A DNA stretch of 64,000 nt from Gemmatimonadota bacterium (lineage in GTDB: Bacteria; Gemmatimonadota; Gemmatimonadetes; Gemmatimonadales; GWC2-71-9): contig JAYTTT010000271.1 of NCBI GenBank assembly GCA_043744895.1, positions 143-64,142 of the forward strand. Direction: 5' to 3'. Positions 24,014 through 34,654 of this stretch are shown piece by piece. The notes beneath the pieces are model-generated. The model saw only the letters and a program-made list of their open reading frames with translations. It had not been told where the DNA came from and ran no database searches. Within the stretch, counting starts at the first letter, position 1, and each line of letters starts with the position of its first letter. A program made the translations under genes and the position numbers.

Positions 24014-27010
24014 ATGCCCATTCGTCCGCTCCCATTCGGTCGACTGATCGGCCTCGCTCTTTTCGTAACCGGCACCGCTCAACTCATCGCGCAAGCGCCG
24101 CCCCCCTCAGCCACCCGGCCGGGGCGGGACCCACAACAGCCGATCGACGAGGCCTACACCCGGAAGATCAAGGAATACACCACCGAGCCCTTCTTCCTCT
24201 CGCCGCTGATCGACTACCTCCCGGCGTCGAAGACCGTCCCGACACCCACCGCCGTCCTCGGCGATATCGCCGGCGCACCGAACAAGCTCCCCTACTCGGC
24301 CGAGGTGTATCAGTATATGCGGCTCCTCGCCAAGGCGAGTCCGCGGGTCCGGGTCTATTCGATCGGCACCACCGAGGAAGGCCGGGAAATGATCGCGGTC
24401 GCGGTCGCCTCGGAGGCGCTCCTGGCCAATCTCGACGCCAACAAGGCCAAGCTGGCCAAACTCGCTGACCCCCGAATGATCGGCCTGAACGACGCGGTCG
24501 CGGCCCGACTGGCCGCTGAAACCGTCCCGGTCTATTACATCACGGGCGCGATCCACTCACCGGAAGCGGGGGCGCCAACGGCGCTGATGGAACTTGCCTA
24601 CCGGTTGGCGGTCGACGAGAGCCCCTACCTCAAGAACATTCGCGATCATCTGGTCACTCTGATCACCCCGATCGTCGAAGTGGACGGCCGCGACCGGCAG
24701 GTCGACCTGTTCCGCTGGCACATGGCCCACCCGGAGTCCACCTGGCCCAATCTCCTCTATTGGGGCAAGTACGTCGCCCACGACAACAATCGCGACGCCA
24801 TGGGGCTCACCCTCAGGCTGTCGCAGAACGTGCTCAACACGTTCGTCGATTGGAAAGCCCAGCTGATTCACGATCTCCACGAATCGGTGCCCTACCTCTA
24901 TGACAACACCATCGGCGACGGCCCCTTCAATGCCTGGATCGATCCGCTGCTGACCAACGAATGGCAGATGATCGGCTGGAACAACGTCCAGGAAATGACC
25001 CGGATGGGCATGCCCGGCGTGTTCGCCTTCGGCAACTTCGACACTTGGTCGCCTGGCTACTTGATGTTCATGGCCGCCACCCACAACGGGATCAGCCGGC
25101 TCTACGAAACATTCGGCAACGGCGGCAGCGCCGAAACCCTGGAACGAACCCTCGGCCCGACCGAAACTTCCCGGACCTGGTTTCGCCAAAACCCGCCGCT
25201 GCCCAAGGTGAAGTGGTCGCTCCGGAACAACAACAACTACGAGCAGACCGGATTGCTCATCTCGTTGAGCTACATCGCCGACAACCGCGAGCTCATCCTC
25301 CGCAACTTCTACGAAAAGAGCAAACGGTCGGTGCAGAAGGCCCGGACCGAAGGCCCCGGCGCCTACGTGCTCTCGGGCGCCGATCCCAGGCCCGGTGCCC
25401 AAGCCGACCTCCTTCGGGTGCTCCAGAAACAACATGTGGAGATTTCGCGGGCCACCCAGGCGTTTACCGTCGCGGTCGGCAAGAAGGGCGACACGACCGC
25501 CGCCAAGACCCGGTCGTTTCCGGCCGGCAGCTACGTCATCCGGATGGATCAACCCTACTCCCGGATTGCCGACGCGCTCCTCGACTATCAGTTCTGGAGC
25601 CCGGACGATCCTCAAAAGAGGCCGTACGACGACACCGGCTGGACCTACCCGGAGGGCTACGCCGTCCAATCGGTGCGGATCACCGACCCCAAAGTGCTCG
25701 ACGTCCCGATGACCCTCGTCACCAGTGAGATTAAATCCCCGGGCGGCGTGACCGGCACCGGCACCGTGTTCGCGATCAATCACAACGGAGACAACGCCCT
25801 CGCGACCCTCCGCTACCGCCTGAAGGGGGCCGACTTCCAGGCGGCCGAGGCACCGTTCGAAACGGCGGGAAAGAAGTTCAATCGAGGTTCCTTCCTGATT
25901 CGCGGCGTGGCCGCGGCCGATCTGGACCGCGCGGCAAAAGACCTGGGCATCGCGGTCGAGGCGCTGGCCGAAGCCCCCAACGTCAAGACCCATCCGCTCC
26001 GGGCCGCCCGGGTCGCGATCCTCCACACCTGGCTCGGCACCCAGACCGAAGGCTGGTGGCGTCAGGCGTTCGACGTCCTGGCGCTGCCGTTCGACTACAT
26101 CAGCACCCAGGACGTTGCCGCTACCGCCGACTTGGGTGCGCGATGGGACGTCATCGTCTTCCCGCCAGCGGGCGGCAGCGTCCAGTCGATCGTGACCGGC
26201 CTCCCGATGTGGCGCAATCCGATGCCGTGGAAGAACACCCCGGATACGCCCAATATTGGCACCTTGGCACAAACCGACGATATTCGCCCCGGTCTCGGAT
26301 GGCAGGGGCTTGCCAACCTGGACAAATTCGTTAGGCAGGGCGGCGTCTTGATCGGCGCCACCAACACCGCTGAATTCGCGATTCAGTTCGGCCTCGCCAA
26401 CGGGGTCTCGGCCAACACCACCACCGGCCGGGTGGTCGGTTCCCTGCTCCGAAGCCGGATCGTCGACCACGAAAGCCCGATCGTTTACGGGATCATCGAC
26501 AGCCTCTCGGTCCTGAGCGACGACGGCGGCACCTTCAGTGTCGGCAATCAGCTCGGCGGCCGGGGGTTTCGGGGCTTCGGCGAGGGCGGGGCCACCCGGG
26601 CCACCGGCCGGGGCCAAGCCGATGAAGCCGATGTGGTCCAAGGCCGTCCGGCGCTCGACCCCCGGTTCGAGGCGGCCCCGCCGCCCAAAGTAGAGTCCTG
26701 GCAAATGGCACCGCTGACCGACGAGCAACTCCGCAACCCGACCACGGTCATTCCGCCGGCCCAGCGGCCTCGCGTGGCGCTCCGCTTCACCGAGCAGAAG
26801 GACCTGCTCGTCTCAGGCCTCCTCGGCGGCGGCAGCGACATCGCCCAGCGGCCGATCGTCGTCGATGCCCCTCTCGATCGCGGCCATGTCGTGCTGTTCT
26901 CATTCAATCCGATTTATCGGGGCGGGACGATCGGAAGCTACTTCCTGGTGTTCAACACTGTTCTCAACTTCGACAACCTGAACGCTGGCCGAACCCTGGA
27001 TCCGCGCTGA
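24014..27010 (+). CDS. Large secreted M14-family metallocarboxypeptidase-like protein
   Basis: 998 aa with a signal peptide. RVRVYSIGTTEEGREMIAVAVASE, ITGAIHSPEAGAPTALMELAYRL. Confidence 0.65.
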   Translation: MPIRPLPFGRLIGLALFVTGTAQLIAQAPPPSATRPGRDPQQPIDEAYTRKIKEYTTEPFFLSPLIDYLPASKTVPTPTAVLGDIAGAPNKLPYSAEVYQYMRLLAKASPRVRVYSIGTTEEGREMIAVAVASEALLANLDANKAKLAKLADPRMIGLNDAVAARLAAETVPVYYITGAIHSPEAGAPTALMELAYRLAVDESPYLKNIRDHLVTLITPIVEVDGRDRQVDLFRWHMAHPESTWPNLLYWGKYVAHDNNRDAMGLTLRLSQNVLNTFVDWKAQLIHDLHESVPYLYDNTIGDGPFNAWIDPLLTNEWQMIGWNNVQEMTRMGMPGVFAFGNFDTWSPGYLMFMAATHNGISRLYETFGNGGSAETLERTLGPTETSRTWFRQNPPLPKVKWSLRNNNNYEQTGLLISLSYIADNRELILRNFYEKSKRSVQKARTEGPGAYVLSGADPRPGAQADLLRVLQKQHVEISRATQAFTVAVGKKGDTTAAKTRSFPAGSYVIRMDQPYSRIADALLDYQFWSPDDPQKRPYDDTGWTYPEGYAVQSVRITDPKVLDVPMTLVTSEIKSPGGVTGTGTVFAINHNGDNALATLRYRLKGADFQAAEAPFETAGKKFNRGSFLIRGVAAADLDRAAKDLGIAVEALAEAPNVKTHPLRAARVAILHTWLGTQTEGWWRQAFDVLALPFDYISTQDVAATADLGARWDVIVFPPAGGSVQSIVTGLPMWRNPMPWKNTPDTPNIGTLAQTDDIRPGLGWQGLANLDKFVRQGGVLIGATNTAEFAIQFGLANGVSANTTTGRVVGSLLRSRIVDHESPIVYGIIDSLSVLSDDGGTFSVGNQLGGRGFRGFGEGGATRATGRGQADEADVVQGRPALDPRFEAAPPPKVESWQMAPLTDEQLRNPTTVIPPAQRPRVALRFTEQKDLLVSGLLGGGSDIAQRPIVVDAPLDRGHVVLFSFNPIYRGGTIGSYFLVFNTVLNFDNLNAGRTLDPR

Positions 27011-27011
27011 C

Positions 27012-28016
27012 ATGACGACATTCGCTTGGGCCGCACTGCTCGGTTTGACACTGGGATCCGCTCGGGAGCGCGGGACCCTGATCGTCACCAACATGAACGA
27101 CAACACGGCCACGGTCATCGACCTCGCCTCCCGAACGGTCCGGGCCACGCTGCCAACTGGGATTGGGCCCCACGAGGTTGCCGCCTCCCATAACGGGCGA
27201 TGGGCCGTGGTCACCAATTACGGGATCCGCGGCAAACCGGGCAACAGCCTGACGGTCCTCGACCTCACCACGGCCACCGTGGCCCGGACCATCGACTTGG
27301 GCGAATACCAAAGGCCGCACGGAATCGCCTTCTTCCCAGGCGACTCGCTCCTGGTCCTCACGTCTGAGGCGAGCCGCACCGTGCTCGTCGTCGAGTTCGC
27401 CACTGGGCGGGTCGTGGGCGCCGTCGCCACGGAGCGGCCGACTTCGCACATGCTGGCCCTCGCGGCCAGCGGAGAATTACTCTACACCACCAACATCGGG
27501 GATGGCAGCATCACCGCCATCAACCTGCGGGCCCGGACCACCGGCGCCGTTACCCCGGTGGCCCGGTTGGTTGAGGGACTCACGATAACCCCCGATGGCA
27601 CGCAAGTCTGGGTCGGCAGCAATGGCGACAGCATCGTGGTGGTGGTGGACACCCGGTCGGGACGCGCCGTCGACACCCTGCGAGGCTTCGGGATGCCGTA
27701 CCGCCTCGGCATCACGCCGGACGGGCGCACCGCCGTCATCACGGACCCGGCCAAGGCCGAGGTTCGGATCGTCAATGTCGCCACGAGGAAAGAGCGGTTC
27801 CGGATCAGCATCCCGCCGGACAGCGTGCTCTCGACGGCGGAGTTCCCCGGCTCGGCTTCACCTGAGGGCGTCACCGCCGCGACCCGAGACGTTGCCTACA
27901 TCACGTTGCAAGGCCGCAATCAGGCCGCCGGAATTGATCTCGCCACGGGCAAGATCCTCTGGCATCTCCCAGTCGGCGCCTGGCCCGACGGCATCGCGTA
28001 CGCGCCGGCGCGATAG
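27012..28016 (+). CDS. YncE/YVTN-type beta-propeller repeat protein
   Basis: 334 aa. Repeated units such as TLIVTNMNDNTATVIDLASRTV..LPTGIGPHEVA and AVITDPAKAEVRIVNVAT. Confidence 0.65.
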   Translation: MTTFAWAALLGLTLGSARERGTLIVTNMNDNTATVIDLASRTVRATLPTGIGPHEVAASHNGRWAVVTNYGIRGKPGNSLTVLDLTTATVARTIDLGEYQRPHGIAFFPGDSLLVLTSEASRTVLVVEFATGRVVGAVATERPTSHMLALAASGELLYTTNIGDGSITAINLRARTTGAVTPVARLVEGLTITPDGTQVWVGSNGDSIVVVVDTRSGRAVDTLRGFGMPYRLGITPDGRTAVITDPAKAEVRIVNVATRKERFRISIPPDSVLSTAEFPGSASPEGVTAATRDVAYITLQGRNQAAGIDLATGKILWHLPVGAWPDGIAYAPAR

Positions 28017-28044
28017 GTTCGAGTCCCTCACGAGGAAATGCACC

Positions 28045-29508
28045 ATGCGCCCCGTCATGATTCCAAGCGTCCTCCTCCTGGCCGCCCTGCGCGCGCCAAC
28101 CCTCGTCGCCCAAGAGGGCGTGCCGCCGTTTACCCAGGACTTCCCGCCCGAGGAATTCGCGGCGCGGCGTCTGGCCGTGGCCCGCGCCATCGGGCCCGAC
28201 GCGGTCGCCGTCATTCAAGGCGCCCCGTCGCCCCAGGGGTACGTGCGGTTCCGGCAAAGCAACGAGGCCTACTACCTCTCCGGGGTCGAAGTCCCGCATC
28301 TGTTGCTGTTGATCGAGGGCGGCACCGGCCGCACCACGCTCTACCTTCCCCACCGGAACCCCGGCCGGGACCGCGGCGAAGGGCGAATGCTGTCCGCCGA
28401 AGACGCTGAGGAAGTCGTCAAGCTCACAGGGGTCCAGGCGGTCGCCGGCCCGGAATTGCTGGCCGAGCACTTGGGCCGAATGGTCAACCGCTCAGGCCGG
28501 ACCTTATACACGCCCCACGCACCCGCCGAGGGGGCCGTGATGAGCCGGGACTTGGGCCTCCGGGTCAACGGCGACATCGCCTCCGATCCGTGGGACGGGC
28601 GCCCCTCGCGCGAGGGCCACTTCATCGGACTGCTCCGAACCCGGTTCCCCCGGTTCGAGATCGCCGACCTGACGCCGACGCTCGACGGGCTCCGGCTGAT
28701 CAAGAGCCCACGCGAGATTGCCCTGATTCGCCGCTCGAGCCTCCTCTCGGGCCTCGCCTTGATGGAAGCGATGCGCTCGACCGAGCCCGGCGTCATCGAA
28801 GACGAACTCGATGCGGTGGCCAAATTCATCTATCACCGGAACGGGGCCAAGGAGGACAGTTACTACAGCCTGATCGGGAGCGGCCGCAACGCTTGGTATC
28901 CGCACTACCATGCCAACCAGCGCACCATGCCCGACGGCGACCTGGTCCTGATGGACTACGCGCCCAACGTTGGCTACTACAACAGCGACGTGACCCGGAT
29001 GTGGCCGGTCAACGGCCGGTTCACCGCCGGCCAGCGCGAGCTCTACGGGTTCTATCTGGCCTGCTACCAGGCCATCATCACCGCGATGAAACCCAACGTC
29101 CCGATTCGAACCATCAAGGAGCAGGCGGCGGCCTCGATGGGCCGAGCCTTGGCGACCTGGCAGTTCTCGAAGCCGGCCTATCGCAAAGGAGCCGAGGCGT
29201 TCGTCGCCGAGTATCAAGCCTCGGCGGCTTCCGGCGGAATGCTGGGACATTGGGTGGGAATGGCGACGCACGACGATGGCGGGGCGGCCGAAACCCTCCG
29301 GCCCGGGATGGTGTTCACGATCGAGCCGGCGCTTCGGGTACCCGAGGAACAGATCTACATTCGGCTCGAGGACATGTTCCTGGTGAGCGAAACCGGGATC
29401 GAGAACCTCTCCGGCTTCGTGCCGGTCGAACCGGCCGCCATCGAACAACTCATGAAGGAGCCCGGTGTCCTCCAGCGCTACCCGCGGACCGGGAGCGCCA
29501 TTCCCTGA
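28045..29508 (+). CDS. M24-family Xaa-Pro aminopeptidase (aminopeptidase P), secreted
   Basis: The ATG at 28045 gives a signal peptide (MRPVMIPSVLLLAALRAPTLVAQ). DGDLVLMDYAPNVGYYNSDVTRMW, HWVGMATHD, GMVFTIEP. The 637-aa track ORF is an out-of-frame upstream extension. Confidence 0.75.
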   Translation: MRPVMIPSVLLLAALRAPTLVAQEGVPPFTQDFPPEEFAARRLAVARAIGPDAVAVIQGAPSPQGYVRFRQSNEAYYLSGVEVPHLLLLIEGGTGRTTLYLPHRNPGRDRGEGRMLSAEDAEEVVKLTGVQAVAGPELLAEHLGRMVNRSGRTLYTPHAPAEGAVMSRDLGLRVNGDIASDPWDGRPSREGHFIGLLRTRFPRFEIADLTPTLDGLRLIKSPREIALIRRSSLLSGLALMEAMRSTEPGVIEDELDAVAKFIYHRNGAKEDSYYSLIGSGRNAWYPHYHANQRTMPDGDLVLMDYAPNVGYYNSDVTRMWPVNGRFTAGQRELYGFYLACYQAIITAMKPNVPIRTIKEQAAASMGRALATWQFSKPAYRKGAEAFVAEYQASAASGGMLGHWVGMATHDDGGAAETLRPGMVFTIEPALRVPEEQIYIRLEDMFLVSETGIENLSGFVPVEPAAIEQLMKEPGVLQRYPRTGSAIP

Positions 29509-29526
29509 CCGGGCCGCGCGGCGCTG

Positions 29527-30105
29527 CTACATCCCCGGGGCGAACATGATGTGCGCCTTCGGAGTGCCCGGAAACATGATCCACGGCTCGGTGCCTTTGG
29601 GGCGCTCGGACAGCCCGCTCGTGGCGCCGGTGGCGTAGGGGACGTAGACGACGTAGAGCCGCTTGGCGCCATTGACGGCACCGGCCTTGGTATCGAGGGT
29701 GCCGCCAAACAGCTGGTACAGGGTGGCGGGGCCGGTCGGGATCTTGAGTTTTCCCGCTTTGGCCTCGGCAAACCGAACCGTGTCGACCTGGTTTGAGGGC
29801 GTGCCATTGGCCCGGAGCTCCCGGCCACGGGCCATGAACGGCTCCATCGACTCGTGATAGCAGGAAACGTGAAACTCTTTCTCCTTGGGGTACTGAGCCA
29901 GGCAGACCATCCCGGTTCCCGCTCGGAGTTCGACGAACTTGCCGGCCGGGTCGTAGCCCAGAACCCGGGCGCTGGCCCGGAGGTTTTCAGGGAGCGGCAG
30001 CACGGCGGCCATGACCTGCTCGTCCTTGGACGGGATCGGCGCCTGGGCCGACAGCGGCAGACCCGCAAGAACGAGCGCGCCAACCAACAAGTGGGGGAAT
30101 CTCAT
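29527..30105 (-). CDS. Secreted hypothetical protein
   Basis: 192 aa with a clear signal peptide (MRFPHLLVGALVLAGLPLSAQA). No family recognised. Confidence 0.5.
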   Translation of the reverse strand: MRFPHLLVGALVLAGLPLSAQAPIPSKDEQVMAAVLPLPENLRASARVLGYDPAGKFVELRAGTGMVCLAQYPKEKEFHVSCYHESMEPFMARGRELRANGTPSNQVDTVRFAEAKAGKLKIPTGPATLYQLFGGTLDTKAGAVNGAKRLYVVYVPYATGATSGLSERPKGTEPWIMFPGTPKAHIMFAPGM

Positions 30106-30200
30106 GTCCGGCTCCTCATGGAACGGTCGCGATTGGTAACCGGCTCCAAGCTACCAGCCACCGGGCTCACGGGCTACCTCCGCGTCCGCTTGCGCGCGCC

Positions 30201-31748
30201 ATGGGGACGGCGCATACTCTGCGAATGCATCACACGCCCTGGCTGTTCACCGGACTTGTCCTTGCCGCGCCCCTCCTGGCGCAGCCCCCCGCCCACTCGG
30301 TGCCCGACACGCTGTCGAAGCCGGTGCCGGCCGAGTCGTCGGTGGTCACGCCGCACTCCGTCACCATCGAGGGACAAGCGATCCGGTATGCCGCCCGGGC
30401 CGGTACCCTCCTGGTCCGGAACGATTCCGCCCAGGCCATCGGCAGTTTCTTCTACGTGGCCTATACCCGAGACGGGGCCGATCTCCGGCGGCGGCCGGTC
30501 ACGTTCGTCTTCAACGGCGGGCCCGGGTCGTCGTCGGTGTGGCTACATATGGGCTCCTTCGCCCCAGTGCGGGTGGCCACCAGCGAGCCGTCCTTCACAC
30601 CGCCGCCGCCGTACACCGTCAGCGAGAACCCGTACTCTCTGATCGACCGGACCGACCTCGTTTTCGTCGATGCGATGGGCACCGGCTTCAGCCGGATCGT
30701 CGGCAAGGGGCAGCCCAAGGATTTCTTCGGCGTCGATCCCGACATCAAGGCCTTCGGCGACTTCATCGTCCGCTACATCACCCTGAACAACCGGTGGAAC
30801 TCGCCGAAGTACTTGCTCGGCGAGTCGTACGGCACCACCCGGGCCGCCGGGCTGGCCAATGCCCTTCAGAGCCGCGGCGTGGCTATGAACGGGCTCGTGC
30901 TGGTGTCATCGTGGCTCAACGCATTCGTCGACTTCGGGAGCCCCCCGAACAGCCTCGAAATCACCTACCAGCTCTATCTGCCCACCATGGCGGCGAGCGC
31001 CTGGTACCACAACAAGCTGCCGGTCCGGCCGGCCAGCCTTCCGGCGTTCCTCGAACAAGTGAAGGAATTCAGCCTCGGCGAGTATCAGCATGCCCTCTCG
31101 CAGGGTTCCCGCTTGAGCGATGCCGAACGGGACGCCGTGGTGGCCAAGTTGCACGGGTTTACCGGGCTCTCGGAGGACTTCCTCCGCCGGGTGCGGCTCC
31201 GGGTCACGCCCGATCGGTTCCAGAAGGAACTGCTCCGGGGCGACCGGCGCACGGCGGGGCGCCTCGACGCCCGGTTCGTCGGAATCGATCATGACGCCGC
31301 CGGCGAGGCACCGGAGTACGACGCCGCCGATGTCGCTATCGGAGCCGCCTTCACGGCGGCATTCAACAGCTATGTCGCGACCGAACTTCGCTACGACGGC
31401 GGCTCGACCTACCTGACGACAAACTACCCGTTGGTTGGCGCCGACTGGGACAACCGCCATCGAGTCGGCGGCCAGCGGTATCCGATGGCGGACGTTTCCG
31501 AAGATCTCCGCGAGGTCATAACCAAGAACCCCTACCTGCGGGTCTTTTCGGCCAACGGCTACTACGATTTCGCCACGCCATTCTTCGAGACCGACTACAC
31601 CCTCCAGCACATGGGACTCGATCCGTCGCTCGAGAAGAACATCTCCTACGGCTACTACGAGTCGGGCCACATGATCTACCTGCACCAGCCGGCGTTGGTC
31701 CAGATGAAGAAGGATCTGGCCAAGTTCTACGACGCGGGGCCGCCGTGA
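30201..31748 (+). CDS. S10-family serine carboxypeptidase-like protein
   Basis: 515 aa. FVFNGGPGSSSVWLHMG and the catalytic LLGESYGTTRA. The start may be the ATG at 30225. Confidence 0.7.
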   Translation: MGTAHTLRMHHTPWLFTGLVLAAPLLAQPPAHSVPDTLSKPVPAESSVVTPHSVTIEGQAIRYAARAGTLLVRNDSAQAIGSFFYVAYTRDGADLRRRPVTFVFNGGPGSSSVWLHMGSFAPVRVATSEPSFTPPPPYTVSENPYSLIDRTDLVFVDAMGTGFSRIVGKGQPKDFFGVDPDIKAFGDFIVRYITLNNRWNSPKYLLGESYGTTRAAGLANALQSRGVAMNGLVLVSSWLNAFVDFGSPPNSLEITYQLYLPTMAASAWYHNKLPVRPASLPAFLEQVKEFSLGEYQHALSQGSRLSDAERDAVVAKLHGFTGLSEDFLRRVRLRVTPDRFQKELLRGDRRTAGRLDARFVGIDHDAAGEAPEYDAADVAIGAAFTAAFNSYVATELRYDGGSTYLTTNYPLVGADWDNRHRVGGQRYPMADVSEDLREVITKNPYLRVFSANGYYDFATPFFETDYTLQHMGLDPSLEKNISYGYYESGHMIYLHQPALVQMKKDLAKFYDAGPP

Positions 31749-32467
31749 GCGATTTCACTGGGTTTACCCCGGCCGCCCAGCGGTTCTTCCGGAGTCTGGA
31801 GCGCAACAACAACAAGCCGTGGTTCGAGGCGAACCGGGCCATCTACGAAACGGCCGTTCGCGAGCCGTTGCGGGCGCTGGTCGGGGAACTCGACGCCACG
31901 TTCGGCACCATCGCGCCCGAAATCGTCGGCGACCCGAAGCGGTCGCTGTTCCGGATCAATCGAGACATCCGGTTTTCGAAGGACAAGTCGCCCTACAAGA
32001 CCAACGCGGGCTGCTGGTTTTATCACCAAGACGCGGGGCGCGGGGTCGGCCAGGACGCCGACGACGGCGGGGCCGGGTTCTACTTCCACATCGACGGCAA
32101 GGCGGCGTTCGTAGCCGGGGGGATTTGGATGCCGTCGCGGCCGTCGCTCACCAAGATCCGGGACCGGCTGGCGGACGACTGGCGGCCGTTCGCACGCCTG
32201 GTTGAACTCCCCGCGTTTCGGCGGCGGTTCGGGCCGATCGACTCGGAGGCAATGCTGACTCGGGTGCCTCGAGGCTATGCACCCGATCATCCGGCGGCCC
32301 AGTGGCTTCGGTTTCAGTCGTTCACGGCGGGGCGGGACTTGCCGAGTACCGATTTGCTGTCGCCCAAACTGGTCGGCAAGATCGCGCGCGACTTCGAGGC
32401 CTTGGTTCCCTTGGTACGCTGGTTGAACGAGTCCCTCGGCCACAGGCTCGCCAAGAGCCGCCTATAG
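31745..32467 (+). CDS. DUF2461 (TIGR02453) family protein
   Basis: 240 aa. The GTG overlaps the upstream TGA. FFRSLERNNNKPWFEANRAIYE, FRINRDIRFSKDKSPYKT. Confidence 0.75.
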   Translation: MSDFTGFTPAAQRFFRSLERNNNKPWFEANRAIYETAVREPLRALVGELDATFGTIAPEIVGDPKRSLFRINRDIRFSKDKSPYKTNAGCWFYHQDAGRGVGQDADDGGAGFYFHIDGKAAFVAGGIWMPSRPSLTKIRDRLADDWRPFARLVELPAFRRRFGPIDSEAMLTRVPRGYAPDHPAAQWLRFQSFTAGRDLPSTDLLSPKLVGKIARDFEALVPLVRWLNESLGHRLAKSRL

Positions 32468-32551
32468 GGCAGCCACGTCCGGAAGATCCGCCGACGGGCC
32501 CAGTGCCGGCGAAACACCAGCGCCGCCGTACCCACGTGGGTCCGCGGGCTA

Positions 32552-33370
32552 TCACGTGAAGTGCGGGCACTTCTTCCGATCTAGGCCGCCCTCGATTCGC
32601 TCAGCGACGAAAGCGTGCTGCAACACCCTCGCGGGCGAGTTCCGCGACGCCTTTGGGACCCCCCACTCCGGCGGCGGTGGAGGTGTCTCGCCTATCCAAT
32701 GACGATAACGACCATGCAGGGCGAATGCGCTATCAGGAGGCACCAGCTGACCTCGCCCTTGCCGCTCGACGGTCACGTGTTCCCCACTACGGCAATCGGT
32801 CCATTCACGCATGTCGTGCACGGACCCACTCCATGTCCCGGTGAAGGTCGTTTCGTCGTCGATGAGATCGACGGATTGGGCCCGCGCCAATGCCATCGAC
32901 GGCTTGATGCCTTCGGGCCAGCCTCGGTCCGTCTTGAGCAAGCGCATTGCTGCTGGGTGCTGTTCGAGAACGAGCGTTGGAGTGCCGCGGTCATCGACAA
33001 ACAGCGACAGCCTCGAGGCCTCTCTTGTCGAGTCGCTTCGGGTCCAGCGCCCGTGGAATATCTCCGCACCTGGCCCCCGGGTGCCGCGCCGGATCCAGAA
33101 TTCTCCGTCACTCCATAGGGTGATTGTCACCTTTGGGCAGCCGGGGCAACTGAGCCACCAGGTTGTGCCGGACCCATCCAAAGAAGACGGCGCCTGCGCT
33201 AGCAGCGGGTGCTCTGGCTGTAGCTCCGAAGACCCGTCCAGTTGGACCACAGGGGGTTCGCCTTGACCGGCAGGGTTACCGACCAGCCTTCGGCGCTCCT
33301 GTATGAATCGCCCGGCAAGAACAGAACCGGCGAGGCACGCGACGACGAGTGTTTCCACTTTAGCTCTCAA
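32552..33370 (-). CDS. Hypothetical protein (weak NlpE-N-like CxxC segment)
   Basis: 272 aa. WWLSCPGCPKVTITLWSDGEFW is vaguely NlpE-N-like. G+C is lower than in the flanks. Confidence 0.35.
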   Translation of the reverse strand: MRAKVETLVVACLAGSVLAGRFIQERRRLVGNPAGQGEPPVVQLDGSSELQPEHPLLAQAPSSLDGSGTTWWLSCPGCPKVTITLWSDGEFWIRRGTRGPGAEIFHGRWTRSDSTREASRLSLFVDDRGTPTLVLEQHPAAMRLLKTDRGWPEGIKPSMALARAQSVDLIDDETTFTGTWSGSVHDMREWTDCRSGEHVTVERQGRGQLVPPDSAFALHGRYRHWIGETPPPPPEWGVPKASRNSPARVLQHAFVAERIEGGLDRKKCPHFT

Positions 33371-33517
33371 GAGGCTCTCGTATCCAGTTGGGGCGTCTGG
33401 CCCGGCCTTGGTGCGCGCGTCGAAGGTCGCTGGGCTAAACGATCAGAACTTAAGCCGCGAGGCCGCCTCGACGATGCCGACCGGGGTGCCTGCCCGGCGG
33501 CCCTCGTCGGTCTTCAA

Positions 33518-33851
33518 GGGGATAAGAGATAGAGGGCCTAAACTGACAGTGATCTCGTTCGCCGCTCGCCTCCGTCGAGCCCGGTTATTCGCTCGCGGGT
33601 GTGACCGGAGGAACGGCCGAAGCCGGGATCACGATAATGTTCACCTGGAAGGCCCCTGCGTTGTCCGCATATTGGGAATCGTAGACGCACAATTTGAAGT
33701 GTCCGCGAACGGTCGCGACGAACAGCCCTTGGACGCCGGTCGGAAACCCTGCACTTGTCCCGATCTTGTACTGGCGAATGCCAACCCCAGTCGATGTGCG
33801 GGAACCATTGCGCGCGCCTGTGGCGTCCACGTCCCCAAGGGATTGTCCACC
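33518..33851. repeat. Left arm of a 334-bp inverted duplication (reverse complement of 39436-39771)
   Basis: Hand alignment gives about 12 substitutions plus one 1-nt indel over about 335 nt. Confidence 0.85.
33585..33851 (-). pseudogene. 5'-truncated silent copy of the PA-IL-like lectin gene (3' 89 codons)
   Basis: It reads GQSLGDVDATGARNGSRTSTGVGIRQYKIGTSAGFPTGVQGLFVATVRGHFKLCVYDSQYADNAGAFQVNIIVIPASAVPPVTPASE*. There is no start codon or signal peptide of its own. Confidence 0.75.
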
Positions 33852-34085
33852 ATGGATGCGGTCTACCGGACCAACGCCCAGTGGAAGGCCTCGGGCTCGC
33901 CACCGATGACCCGGGCGCAGTACCTTCGAGATGTGGTGCCGCGGTTGGTCGGGGGTCACGCTCCCGCAGCTCATGGCGGCGGCCGGGCTGTCCAACGCCT
34001 CCCGCAGCACCCTCCGCCGCGGGCTCACGGTGCCCCACCGGCGGCATTGGGTGGGGCTCGAACAACTGGGACGGGCCTCCCGCTA
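33852..34085 (+). pseudogene. Small HTH-like protein gene interrupted by a frameshift at a G5 run
   Basis: Frame a reads MDAVYRTNAQWK...TRAQYLRDVVPRLVGG. Frame b continues VTLPQLMAAAGLSNASRSTLRRGLTVPHRRHWVGLEQL*. The switch falls at GTCGGGGGTCAC (about 33955). Confidence 0.35.
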
Positions 34086-34177
34086 GCCTGGTCTCCGTTG
34101 CATGCTTCAGAGTCGTTGACCTGCCAGCATTCGGTCGGCGGCCGCCCCTTCACTGGTCCAATCCGAAAGAGGAACCC

Positions 34178-34654
34178 ATGCGCCGACATATTGCAATCGT
34201 CTTATCCATTGTGCTGTTGGGGTTCTCAAGACCGACCGCGGCGCAAACCACCGCAGGGGCCGCGATGAGGCTCGACATCCAGAGCCAGGTCAAGAAATTC
34301 GTGGAAGCGACCAACGCGGGTGACGTAAGCGCCGTGATGGAGATGTATAGCCGGGCGGCGGGGGTCACCGATATTGGCGACGGCGAGATTCACCGAGGCT
34401 GGGATGCGATCCGCACGGAAACCGATCTGCTCACGGGCAAACAGGGGTCGTTTCGGTTCTCGCTCGGCGCTATTGATGTCTTCGGGCTCGGACCGACTGG
34501 GGCGTTGGCGGTCGCCCCCTACGTCGTACAGGTGGCAACAGCGAACGGCAATGCGGAGGTGAACGGGGCCTTGACGATCGTGTTTGAGAAGGCTGCGACC
34601 GGGTGGCGGATCATCCATAGCCACATGAGCACGAAGCCGCCGTCCGGGGACTGA
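34178..34654 (+). CDS. SnoaL-like / DUF4440 (NTF2-fold) secreted protein
   Basis: The ATG at 34178 is preceded by GAAAGAGGAA. Signal peptide present. VKKFVEATNAGDVSAVMEMYS...WRIIHSHMS. Confidence 0.6.
   Translation: MRRHIAIVLSIVLLGFSRPTAAQTTAGAAMRLDIQSQVKKFVEATNAGDVSAVMEMYSRAAGVTDIGDGEIHRGWDAIRTETDLLTGKQGSFRFSLGAIDVFGLGPTGALAVAPYVVQVATANGNAEVNGALTIVFEKAATGWRIIHSHMSTKPPSGD

Noticed and set aside
27595-29508. A 637-aa ORF suggesting a much longer aminopeptidase. Similar N-terminal extensions appear in ORFs 21035-21778, 21549-22652, 3006-4139 and 35823-39239.
   Set aside because: The extensions overlap the upstream genes out of frame and are Arg/Pro-rich. Internal ATGs give proper signal peptides, RBS spacing or start/stop coupling.
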